NCBI RefSeq assembly: GCF_963921235.1
Contig: NC_086102.1
Location: 44,330,001 to 44,394,000 of the forward strand
Source of the DNA: Mobula hypostoma
Lineage: Eukaryota
DNA: 64,000 bases
Direction of reading: 5' to 3'
The position numbers were made by a program, and so were the translations under genes. Of the stretch, positions 52,425 to 64,000 are shown piece by piece. How positions within the stretch are numbered: the stretch's first letter is position 1; each line of letters begins with the position of its first letter. The notes beneath the pieces were generated by a model, which saw only the letters and a program-made list of their open reading frames with translations, did not search any database and was not told the DNA's origin.

Positions 52425-52690
52425 GTGGGGTTTGTAAGCCTTGGACGGCAGCCCACCGAGGAGAAGGAAAACTCTGATTTTAAACCTCTGCTGCCTTGCA
52501 GCCATACTCCCCCATGGGAAAGGCTTGAGGAGTAAACAGCGAGGAAGAAATCCGGAGCTCAGGACCCTAAGGCAGTTTGATGTTGTTTACAGCTTCACTC
52601 TGGCAACCTCTGCGACGACATTGGTGCTAAGCTGTATCGGCGCTCGCCCTGCCCTTGGACCACATCAATGACGTGGAGAGGGGGAACAGT
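52425..52690 (+). mobile_element. Probable RTE-type 5'-UTR fragment
   Basis: gaggagaaggaaaactctgattttaaacctc...catgggaaaggctt...aaatccggagct resembles RTE-clade 5' regions (recalled motif). Confidence 0.55.
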
Positions 52691-53030
52691 CCGTTCTTCA
52701 AACCTTTCTGCCTAGGCTTGCACCCTGGAGAGGACACAGTCCACCAGAGGCACAAACCCATGATTCCATGGGATCTACTACTAGAGACGTTCTGCAAATT
52801 CATACATAGATCTATTCACTCTATTATATGGCCAATGAAAATTGCTTTCAACCGAATACATTTTATGATTCTCCCAATATTTCAGTCCACAACTCAAAAT
52901 ACTACCTTGGGATATGACCCAATTACATAAAAAACAAAATCTATAACATTATTTCTCGATGTTTTTCACAATATAGTGGATGTAATAAAAACAGTTGACT
53001 TGCCTATTATTGCACTGCATTGAAATTAAA

Positions 53031-53170
53031 CACTGCTCCTTGATAAACCCCAAGGTGACCCATGCTGGAAGATTCCATTCCCAATGCAGTTATAGGGCAC
53101 TGGTGCTTCAAACAAGAATCATTGTTTTATTCTAACAGGAATATGCTTACAATATTGACGTAATTCCATC
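53031..53170. repeat. 140-bp dispersed direct repeat, copy 2
   Basis: Matches 51901-52040; offset 1130 bp. Confidence 0.93.
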
Positions 53171-53540
53171 CTCTGTCTCTATGAATTCTTTACATATATT
53201 AGTGTACCACACACACCGTGAACAGATATGAATTTAAATATAGCAAAGAATAGCTGGCATTGGCAACCATCAAACATCATAGTTTTAACACCGACAAAGT
53301 GCTGGAGGAACTCCGTAGATCAGGCAGCATCCATGGAGTGGAATAAACAGTCCACATTTTGGGGTGACTCCCTTCATCAGGAGTAGAAATAGTTGTACAT
53401 CACTCATAAGCATGTGCAGATTATTATACTCGTAATTGGACATTCCAAGTCAAATAAAACATGTCAATCTATCTGTGTCATCTCCATTATGTTAAACATG
53501 AAAGTTTATTAATATTTGTCTTTGTAATCCTGCTCAAAAC

Positions 53541-55040
53541 CCAGACATCCCCCTCTGCACCTGGATCCTTGACTTCCTCATCAGCCCACCACAGTCCGCG
53601 TGAATTGGAAATAACATCACTTTGCTCAAGGATATGTGCTTAGCCCACTGCTCCACTCTCTACATACATGATCATGTGGCTAGGTGCAGCTCAAATACCA
53701 TCCATAAATTTGCCAAAAACTCAACTATTATTGGCAGAATTTCAGATGGTGATAAGGAGGCGAAAACATCAATAATTTCAGAAATGCAGATGACACTGTG
53801 TTAATTGCAAGTACAGAGGAAGAACTACAAAACTTAATTGATATATTTGTTGAAGAAAGTACAAAAATTGCAAAAAGACAATGTATGGTGATATCCAAAA
53901 AGAAGGAGAACCCTATCTGTAGGTGGAGAATAAACGGGGAAGACATAAAACAAGTACAGAACTTTTGCTACTTAGGAAGCTGGGTGACATCAGATGGCAG
54001 GTGCGATATGGACATCAAAAGAAGAATAGGGATGGCAAAAGACACCTTTACGAGAATGAAGAGTATACTGACCAATACTAAACTAGGCATGACAACCCTC
54101 CTCAGAGTACTGAAATGTTACGTTTATCCAGTTATGTTATATGGCTCAGAATGTTGGACAATATCTAGTAACATGAGGAAACGAATTGAAGCAGCAGAAA
54201 TGTGGTTTTTGAGGAGGATGCAAAGAATATCATGGACGAAATGAATATCTAACGAGGATGTCATGAACAGAGCAAACACAAAAAGAGAAATAATGTATGA
54301 GATCATGAAAAGGCAATGTTACTTCATTGGACATGTGATTAGGAAAGATGAGTTTGAATGCACGTAATTATGGGAAAGATTGAAGGGAAGAAAGCAAGAG
54401 GAAGACAAAGACAAATGATGATGGAGACAGCAGCCAGAGAACTGGAAATGAATACCAATGAATTGATCTACTTGACCCGAAATAGGAGTGTGTGGGTCAT
54501 GACAGTCAAAACTCAAACTGGGCATGGCACCTGATGATGATGATAAGGAGGCATAGAGGAGTGAGATAGATCAGCTAGTTGAGTGGTTTTGCAATAACAA
54601 CCTTGCCCCCAGTGCAGCAAAAACAAGGAACCCATTGTGTACTTCAGGAAGGGCAAGTCGAGGGAACACACACCAGTCCTCATCAAAGAAAATGCAGTGG
54701 AATGGGCGGGCAGTTTCAAGTTCCCTGGTGCCAACATCCCTGAAGTTCTATGCTGGGGCCACGTCTTGATGCAGTTACAAAGAAGACATGACAGTGGCTA
54801 TATTTCATTAGGAGTTTGAAGATACCTGGTACGTCACCAAAGACTCATTCAAATTTCTGCTGATGTACCGTGGAGAGCATCCTAACTTGCTGCATCACCT
54901 TCTGATATGGAGGGGCCACTGCACAGCATCGGAAAAAAAGCTACAGGAAGTTGTGAACTCAGTCAGCTCCAGCAAGGACGCTAGCCTCCCCAGCAAAAAA
55001 TGATGCCTGAAAAAGGCAGCATCCATCATTAAAGACCAAG
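53541..55040 (+). mobile_element. Rex/Babar-type LINE fragment split by an RTE
   Basis: HDHVARCSSNTIHKFAKN...ISDGDKEA resumes after 54552 as (Y)RSEIDQLVEW. Confidence 0.85.
53762..54540 (+). mobile_element. 5'-truncated RTE-clade LINE with (GAT)n tail
   Basis: 148-aa ORF LIASTEEELQNL...FCYLGSW...VMLYGSECW...EMWFLRRMQRISW; TGATAAGGAGGC direct repeat at 53750-53761 and 54541-54552. Confidence 0.9.
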
Positions 55041-56544
55041 GAGGCTACAGTACGTGGAAGCATCAATGACATTACCAATGGATAGCTAGTTATTAGATGA
55101 GGAAGAATTACTTCACTGATTATTAAGTGATGGTTTGTGAGGGACATTAACACACAGCTTTTCTGCAGGAGAGGCTTACTTAGACATAGCTGCATGATGA
55201 TATTTATATTTGTAAGGGCCCCGCTGTGTATTTGCTGAGTGAGATGAAGCTTGTTTCACTGAGGAAGATGTCACTAGAAAATGTGCTAACGTAAGGGCAA
55301 AAATCTAGTTCAGCATCAAGTCAGGGTCATTTGTCACCCGTTAGGAAATCCTGAGCCAACATTTTGGAAAGGGGATTCCAAGACAATTCAAAACATGAGA
55401 TAGTTAGTAATCAAAGCATCAGCATAAATTAATCATGTACAATTCAAAAAGAGAGGATTTAAAATCCAGGATTCAAAATTGTACCTGCAGTTATGCTGAC
55501 GTTGACTAAAAATGTAAGGAGTTTTCATGCTTTTAGTGAAGACAACTTGTCAAATCTGTTATTTCTTAGGAAATAGAAATTCACACTGAAACTGGGATTA
55601 GTTGACCTGAATGGTGACAAAGCTCTTTTTATGATGTTCATGCATTCTATTTCAAGGTCATTTCCATTTAGATCAAAGTATACTTAGAAAAATGTTAGTA
55701 TGTTTAGATTTAGAAACTCAGCAGCAATGCACTTCCCCCCCCACCACCCCAACTCAGTAATGGATTAAATTCAGAGAGCAACGTGATTGTGACCATTTCC
55801 AAAGTGCACTGTTCCATTCCAGAATATCAACTCCTCAGAAACTAGGTCACGATGGTCAAAGATGCACCTGTTACTGGAAACTCTGGGAGCAAACTGCTTC
55901 TGGTAATTTCACATACTCTTCCTTTATCCCACTAATATGGGCAGGTCTTTGTTTCAACTGCTATTTTTCTCTGAAAGTAATTGTTAACATATCAACTTTA
56001 ATCTGTAGCTTAGCACCAAAAATACCTCTGACCTCTCCATCCCTCCTTCTGTTTACAAGTCAAAGCATTCGTTTTCTCGATTTCCCAGTTCCGGTGTAAG
56101 ATCTGTAACCTGAAACATTAACTGTTTATATCCCATTGATGTATACTGACTGGCTCAGATCTTCTAGATTTTCCATTTTCTTCCAAATGTGGCACATCTT
56201 CAGCTTTTTTGCTCCAGGTCTTCATAGTTTTGCTCTATCTACTGTAGCATAATGCAATTTGACCCCTATAAAAAGACCCTAGCCTCATGCAGGGAACCGG
56301 ATAATAGAGGGTCCTCTTCAAATCTTATCACTTGCTAGCCCTCTACACATCCCAACTGGCAGAAACCCTTTGAATTTTCAATACTGGGATTGCTTCCAAA
56401 AGCCTAAGTACAAACTGCAGACACTCAAAATATATAGCCCTTTTATTACAGTGTTGAAGGATGCCTCTATCAATATACAACCTAGTCAGAAGGTTAAGTG
56501 ACAAAACTGATATGTTCTGAACTGTGCATTAAGTGGCTAGTGGA

Positions 56545-57120
56545 AAGTGGGTTCCAGTTAATTGGGCCATCAGCTAATTGGGGCAGCTGGTTATTTGGGA
56601 CAAAGTTTAAAGAACAGGAACTAAATCAAGAAAATTGCCAGGATTTCTTTAATTTATGTGGGACACTAAGTTGCTTAATTGTTTAATTGTGGTAGAATAC
56701 TCTTGCCGAACAGGTTCTAATTAGTGTCAGTCACATGCGCTTGTATGACCGCTAGCTGCTATGCCGTGTTTAGAACAAACAGTTTTTAAGTGGCATCAGT
56801 CGCGTGTGCTTAAGTTCAAAAAGCAGTGATTTACGTCACTAATAGCTGGCGAGAAATAAGCAGCAGGACAAGTAGGAACCATTTTACTCACTGCAGTTTC
56901 ATGGCTTCATGCCTGAAGATGTCAGAAACAAGAGTGAAAATGAAATTATTTTGAAGGTACCGACAATCATTTTGAATATTACAATGAAAAAGAAAATTTG
57001 GAAGATGCAAATGTCAATAGCATTGTATGAATGTAGTCCATTGTCTACACTAGGTGTCTGTGCTGAATCTGTTCATTACATATACTGGATGAATTCCTCT
57101 ATCGATTACTATTTGGAACT
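56545..57120. mobile_element. Probable pogo/Tigger-type DNA transposon remnant
   Basis: gttccagttaattgggccatcagctaattggggcagc terminus-like motif; truncated by the Penelope at 57121. Family assignment tentative. Confidence 0.45.
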
Positions 57121-58280
57121 AACACACATAAAAGTTGCAGGTGAACACAGCAGGCCAGGCAGCATCTCTAGAAAGAGGTGCGGTCAATGTTTCGGGCCGA
57201 GACCCTTCGTCAGGACTAACTGAAAGAAGAGGTAGTAAGAGATTTGAAAGTGGGAGAGGGAGGGGGAGATCAAAACTGAAAGGAGAAGACAGGAGGGGGA
57301 GGGATGGAGCCAAGAGCTGGACAGTTGATTGGCAAACGGGATCGAAGGGGATCATGGGACAGGAGGCCTAGAGAGAAAGAAAAGGGGGAGGGGGGGAACC
57401 CATAGGATGGGCAAGGGGTATAGTGAGAGGGACAGAGGGAGAAAAAGAAGAGAAAGAACACCTTATATTCCATCTGGGTAGCCTCCAACCTGATGGCATG
57501 AACATTGACTTCTCAAACTTCCGCTAATGCCCCACCTCCCCCTCGAAACCCATCCGTTATTTATTTATATACACAAACTCTTTTTCTCTCTCTCCTTTTT
57601 CTCCCTCTGTCCCTCTCACCATACCCCTTGCCCATCCTCTGGGCTTTTCCCCCCCTCCCCCTTTTCTTTCTCCCTAGGCCTCTTGTCCCATGATCCTCTC
57701 ATATCCCTTTTGCCAATCGACTGTCCAGCTCCTGGCTTCATCCCTCCCCCTCCCGTCTTCTCCTATCATTTCGGAACTCCCCTTCCCACTTTCAAATCTC
57801 TTACTAACTCTTCCTTCAGTTAGTCCTGACGAAGGGTCTCAGCCCGAAACGTCGACTGTACCTCTTCCTAGAGATGCTGCCTGGCCTGCTGCGTTCACCA
57901 GAAACTTTGATGTGTGTTGTTAGAAAGAAAAAGCGTGTGTGTATACAAATAAATAAATAATGGATGGGGTACGAGGGGCATTAGCGGAAGTTTGAGAAGT
58001 CAATGTTCATACCATCAGGTTGGAGACTACCCAGACGGAATATAAGGTGTTGTTCCTCCAACCTGAGTGTGGCTTCATCTTTACAGTAGAGGAGGCCGTG
58101 GATAGACATATCAGAATGGGAATGGGACGTGGAATTAAAATGTGTGGCCACTGAGAGATCCTGCTTTCTCTGGCAGACAGAGCGTAGGTATTCAGCGAAA
58201 CAATCTCCCAGTCTGCGTCAGGTCTCGCCAATATATAGAAGGCTGCATCGGGAGCACCGGGATACAAGGGAGGGAACTTC
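57121..58280. mobile_element. Penelope element with inverted pseudo-LTR arrangement
   Basis: 57121-57455 is the reverse complement of about 57590-57920; 57458-57555 is the reverse complement of about 57961-58050; GIY-YIG-region sequence continues to about 58280. Confidence 0.88.
57821..57858 (+). ncRNA. Minimal type-I hammerhead ribozyme motif (Penelope-associated)
   Basis: (t)agtc-CTGACGA-a-GGGT-ctca-GCCC-GAAA-CGTC^gact(g): helix I agtc/gact, intact core, helix II, palindromic ACGT helix III, GUC cleavage triplet after 57853. Confidence 0.75.
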
Positions 58281-59827
58281 CAATATGAAGCATGAAGCCG
58301 TGCAGTGTAACAGCATAGCTGGCTACCCAATTTGAAAGATTCAAACATGGAACTGCACAGAATGTGGCTCTTTAGTGATTCATTTCTCTTGTAGCATAGA
58401 ACTGCTCACTCTGGATACCGCTTGGGGCTACAGTTGCCAAATGAACAGCAAAGCTGCTTCTACCCATAAACCACCAGAGAAAATGCTGCTAACTGGGTTG
58501 ATGGCATTAAATAAATTACAGTTAATCTCCGCAGATGCTGACAATGGCACTTACTTCTTAACCTATTAATTTATAACAAATAAATTGAAAAGGATTTGAA
58601 ATCATTCTATGAAAAAAATACAGGGCTGATTGTCTAGTTCAAACCCAAAAATAGTTTTTAATGAGTTCAAAAAAGCTGGAGTTTCAAAGTAATTACGAAG
58701 TCCACAGAGACATCATTCAGTATTGTACATTCCAGCTGGTTACAAGTTTCAAAGGATTTTTAAATCAATTTACAATAAAGATAAGCAGTAGTTTAGTACA
58801 ACCCTAACATGTGCAATCCAACCACCTGTATATGTCAGAGTACTAAAGCTTAAACAGGCCCTTCAGCCCATCTAGTGCATGCCTACATGATCTCCTACCA
58901 GTCCCCATCTACCTGCACCTAGAGCATATGCCTCCAAACCCCTCTCATCCATGTAGCTCCCTAACCCTCTCTGAAATGTTAGAAATGAATCCATACTGAC
59001 CACTCCCTCCAGCAGGTGATGGTAATAACCACCCACAAACTTCACACTTCAGGTGGGCTCAATTCCTTGTTTCATTTTTGTTCCCACCTGCACATTCTCC
59101 ACGCAAGTTCTAGCAATCGGAACGTGTGGGTAACAGGTCCCTCCACCAGCTACTCAGTTACCCCTTCGGCAGTGGGAATTCATTATTTGAATAATGAGGC
59201 CAATCACCTGCTCTTTAACTGCACCCAGGACTGGTCCTGGCTTAACAACTAAACTTGCTGGGTTAGGAAACAAATCTTGTTGTCACTGAACCACTGCATG
59301 GATTGCAGTGCCTTAATGTCTGTGCATGTGCACGTGGGAAGGATGGATGGAGGGAGGGAGGGAGGCTAGTTTCACCTTTTATATAGAACGTAATGACTCC
59401 TATGCTAGAGCTGAACTTGCAAATCATTTACTTTATCGTTCCTGCACTGAACAAAACTAATACCCAAAAAGATTTAAAAATACTCAAATAGAACAACTGA
59501 TCCTTTTTCTGTAACACACAATGACACACCCCCGCAAAGCCTTCCTTTCTTCCCTCATGTACCCTACCATCAACTCTGAGCTTTCCATCTGCCTTCTCAA
59601 GATTGTGCCCAGACCCACAATGCTCTGATACAGAGCCCGATCTATACTCCTCCCCCATAGTTAGCATCACACGTTACTCTGCACACTTACTAAATGATGC
59701 CCTGTTGCAGAGATCCATCAGCAATCTCCCACACACTGTCCTGACTGTGATCAGCCAAGCCTGCGTCACAAACAGCCAAAAGAATGAGATAATAGAGTAG
59801 GGAACTACACAGGTTCTGACACATCTA

Positions 59828-61452
59828 CAGTTGACATCAGAAGTTTACATACACCTTCGCCAAATACATTTAAACTCAGTTTTTCATAATTCCTGACATT
59901 TAATCCTAGAAAACATTTCCTGTCTTATGTCAGTTAGCATCACTACTTTATTTTAAGAATTTGAAATGTCAGAATAATAGTAGAGAGAATGATTTATTTC
60001 AGCTTTTATTTCTTTCATCACTTTCCCAGTGGGTCAGAAGTTTACACACACTTTGTTAGTATTTGGTAGCATTGCCTTTAAATTGTTTAACTTGGGTCAA
60101 ATGTTTTGGGTTGCCTTCCACAAGCTTCTCACAGTAAGTTGCTGGAATTTTGTTCCATTCCCCTAGACAGAACTGGTGTAACTGAGTCAGATTTGTAGGC
60201 CTCCTTGCTTGCACACACTTTTTCAGTTCTGCCCACAAATTTTCTATTGGATTGAGGTCAGGGCTTTGTGATGGCCACTCCAATACCTTGACTTTGTTGT
60301 CCTTAAGCAATTTTGCCACAACTTTGGAGGTATGCTTGGGGTCATTGTCCATTTGGAAGACCCATTTGCGACCGAGCTTTAACTTCCTGGCTGATATCTT
60401 GAGATGTTGCTTCAATATATCCACATAATTTTCCTTCCTCATGATGCCATCTATTTTGTGAAGTGCACCAGTCCCTCCTGCAGCAAAGCACCCCCACAAC
60501 ATGATGTTGCCACCCCCATGCTTCATGGTTGGGATGGTGTTCTTTGGCTTGCAAGCCTCACACTTTTTCCTCCAAACATAACAATGGTCATTATGGCCAA
60601 ACAGTTCAATTTTTGTTTCATCAGACCAGAGGACATTTCTCCAAAAAGTAAGATCTTTGTCCCTATGTGCACTTGCAAACTGTAGTCTGGCCTTTTTATG
60701 GCAGTTTTGGAGCAGTGGCTTCTTCCTTTCTGAGCAGCCTTTCAGGTTTTGTCGATATAGGACTGGTTTTACTGTGGATATACACTTGTCTACATGTTTC
60801 CTCCAGCATCTTCACAAGGTCCTTTGCTGTTGTTCTGGGTCTGATTTGTACTTTTCTTGCCAAGGTACGTTCATCTCTAGGAGACAGAATGTGTCTCCTT
60901 CCTGAGCGGTATGATGGCTACGTGGTCCCATGGTGTTTATACTTGCGTACTATTATTGGTACAGATGAACGTGGTACCTTCAGGCGTTTGCTCCCACTGA
61001 TGAATCAGACGTGACATAATTTTCTGACCTCAATCCAATAGAAGATTTGTGGGCAGAACTGAAAAGGTGTGTGCAAGCAAGGAGGCCTACAAACCTGACT
61101 CACTTACACCAGTTCTGTCTGGAGGAATGGAACAAAATTTCAGCAACTTAGCGTGAGAAGCTTGTGGAAGGCAACCCAAAACGTTTGACCCAAGTTAAAC
61201 AGTTTAAAGGCAATGCTACTAAATACTAACAAAATGTATGTAAACTTCTGACCCTCTGGGAAAGTGATGAAAAAAAATAAAAGCTGAAATAAATCATTCT
61301 CTCTACTATTTTTCTGACATTTCACATTCTTAAAATAGTGATCCTAACTGACCTAAGACACGGAATGTTTCTAGGATTAAATGTCGGGAATTGTGTAAAA
61401 CGGAGCTTAAATGCATTTGGCTAAGGTGTATGTAAACTTCTGACTTCAACAG
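59828..61452 (-). mobile_element. Sleeping Beauty-like Tc1 with two right-hand ends
   Basis: TA-flanked; SB-type direct repeats (cagtgggtcagaagtttac); minus-strand DD34E transposase (WSDETK, FQMDNDPKH, NPIENLW) with a stop and a frameshift; 61024-61452 is an inverted copy of 59828-60261. Confidence 0.93.
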
Positions 61453-61469
61453 TATTTACAATGTTGGTA

Positions 61470-62060
61470 CTGAAACTAACGGAGGAGATGGACTAGAATA
61501 TAAAAGCAAGGATGTTGGGACTTTATAAGGCATTGGTCAGACCATATTTGGAGTGAACAGTCTTGGGTCATATATCTAATAAAGGATGTGCTGGCATTGG
61601 AGAAGGTCCAGGGGAGGTTTACAAGAATGATCCCAGGAATTAAATGGTTAATATATGACCAGTGTTTGATAGATTAGGGCCTGTACTCACTGAAATTTAG
61701 AAGAATGTGGGGTGGGGGAGGGGAGACAATTTGAGTATTGGAAGGCCAAGACAGAGTGGACATGAAAAAGATGTTTCAATTAATGGGAGTCTAGGACCAG
61801 AGGGCACAGCCTCAGAACAGAAGAAGTCCTTTTGAAGAGAGATGACTAGCATTTTTTTTAGCCAGATGGTAGTGAATTTATAGAATTCATTACTGCAGAT
61901 GGCTGTGGAGGCCATGTAATTGGGTATATTTAAAGTGGAGGTTGATAGGTTCTTGATTAGTAGGGGTATCAAAGGTTACAAGGAGAAGACAAGAGAATGG
62001 AGTTGAGAGGGATACTAAAATTAGCCATGATGGAATGATGGAGTAGTCTTGATGAGGGTA
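61470..62060 (+). mobile_element. Degraded CR1 3' fragment
   Basis: ctttataaggcattggtcagaccatatttggag...ggatgtgctggcattggag...ttagccatgatggaatg. Confidence 0.8.
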
Positions 62061-64000
62061 GGGGGAATCACCTCATTCTGCTCCTCATTTGTCTTGGGGT
62101 CTTTTGGTTCAGCACACAAACTAGTTTATTGTAGCTGTATTTTGCATCAAAATATGAGTGTTTTGCTGAAATGATAGAAAATATGAGATAGCAATCAGTC
62201 TCAAGAAAGAGGAAGTTTTAACCTTGGGAGAGGGTTTGGCAGATGTACCTTGATTTACATTGAGGGCTGCCAGTGATGAGACACTTTTTGCTGCGGGCAA
62301 CTGTCGAGGATAGACATTTGTTAGAGAGCACTGCCTGCCAATGCTATCTGACAAATAGTACAGGAGATTACAGCATATTCCAACAGCCAGTGACAAATTC
62401 AAAAATAATTTTTTTTATGGTCATCAAGGGAGGAAAATGGACAGCTGCCACAGCTATTTTTCACTCTCACCACTTAACAATTAGAAAGTTTGGCCCTGGT
62501 GGATCATTGGCAGGGAATTGAAGGCCATAATCAGACACAACAGCAAAAGAGACTTAAGAGACCAAGTGACCTTTTCCCATTCTAAATTGCTATACCTGGG
62601 TGACTTGTGAATCAACTCAATTGCTCATTAATTCAGCTTTTGACATAATTGGACCGTCAATTTTTAAAAATGACCAGCAACAGAAATGGTAGAGTTTTTT
62701 TTTATTGAATCTCCACGGTTGTGACTCTCACAGATTGCCATTCTTTAATAAGTATATGAGAATAAAAACTGTAAACTTGAAATAAAAGCAGAAGATGTTG
62801 GATATTAAGTAATGCCGAGTCAGCATCTGTAAGCAAGACAGGCTAATACTCTAGGTGCATTTGCTTCATGAGAACAGCGCAATAGTTTTTTTCCGCATGG
62901 ATCACTGCTAGGATTAAAATACTGCTGACAGGAAAATGCAGGCTCCTCTCCCTTTAATGACAGATGGGTTTGAATTAAACTGCTGAGCCTGGGACAGTGA
63001 GAAGGATTGGATTTCTCTGCTCCACTCCCATAGCGACTCAACTTTCATTCCAAGAATAAAATTTACCTTCCACTCTGTAGGCTCAAGCACACAAATTCAA
63101 AAATTCGCGGCACTTGGAAAAAAATGAGAATTCTTTGCTAAATGATTATACTGAAATATTGACTTAGATATGCCAAAATGGTACCTTGTTGGGCTGTGTG
63201 AGGATTGACCTAGTCAAGTGTTAAATGTAGGAGCTGAATGAGAGAAGACTGACTGGAATAAGAGATATGGCCTTGCCAGACACTGACTGATGTGCGAATA
63301 CTTTGAATATTCCAAAAGATAGTGTGATTCCTGGCGGAGACATTTCTTTGATGTCTCTGTGGATAAATGTAGTACATGAATTCTGAGAGCAAAGAAGAGC
63401 TTCAAGTACTTCTTCTGTTAATTGCCTCATCCATGAAGGCATTTGACTCTTGTCTGGGACAGTTATGAAGCTGTTGGCTGTTTTCCAATACTGTGTCACA
63501 CTTGACAATGAATGCCAGCAGTCTGTTCAGTCCTAAAGTCTCCACAGCTGAGGCGGAACAACCTCGATTGATATTGATCTGTAAGCACTGCGGGGGAGTT
63601 GCTCGCTATTTTGTGGACTTCCTTTGTTTGGATTCAAAAGGTTATATAGGACCCAGCTGGTGCCCATTTGAGATCAGCTAACTCTGCATTGACTCTCCTT
63701 TTCAGCTTTTCACTGTGAGCATCCACTAAACCAAAGGTGTTTTGGTCTGATGTGAATCTTCACCTGATCTTTCAGTTACAGAGGCAGAAACCTGACAAAT
63801 CTGGGACTAGGGCAGGAAAACTGGAGGGGGGGGGGAAATCCCAAGATATTTTCCTTCCAATTTCCAACCAATGATGATTGCTGGGAAGTACAGCTTTACA
63901 GCATCGGGTGTGAACAATGCAATGGCTCCTGCAGTCGAATGCTCCACAGATATTTGACATATGAAGTTTGAAATAGTGGCCTAAATCATCATGGGGGAAC

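Noticed and set aside
62300-62700. TE-free stretch rich in TAAT/CAAT motifs (possible conserved enhancer)
   Set aside because: Conservation cannot be judged from one sequence; the motifs are expected by chance.
63221-63508. 95-aa ORF with a LINE-like ISLIPVSLLS ending
   Set aside because: Too weak to assign; no RT motifs in register.

Overview
Vertebrate genomic DNA, most likely a cartilaginous fish (inferred from the repeat complement: many CR1, Rex/Babar and Penelope fragments plus V-type SINEs). The only host gene I can support is on the minus strand: four consecutive, all-phase-1, one-Ig-domain exons (domains 2-5) of an EWI-family gene that matches IGSF3. They splice into a continuous 534-codon frame. 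The domain-1 exon was not found in the 35 kb upstream. The rest is intron, dominated by transposable elements: an old Gypsy provirus, two solo LTRs, three long CR1 LINE fragments, several Rex/Babar and RTE fragments, a 5'-truncated L1 with an uninterrupted 723-codon ORF2 remnant, Penelope elements carrying minimal hammerhead-ribozyme motifs, two Tc1 transposons and several SINE families. Many nested insertions can be resolved to the base by their target-site duplications (TSDs). I did not find a new protein-coding system. The most unusual items are (i) a Sleeping Beauty-like Tc1 with two RIGHT ends and no left end, (ii) Penelope foldbacks carrying hammerhead cores, one at the apex of a ~62-bp hairpin bounded by an 11-bp TSD, and (iii) a young poly(A) SINE family whose tRNA-like head occurs with two unrelated tails. 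All identities are by-eye estimates, and family names come from recalled motifs, not database searches.
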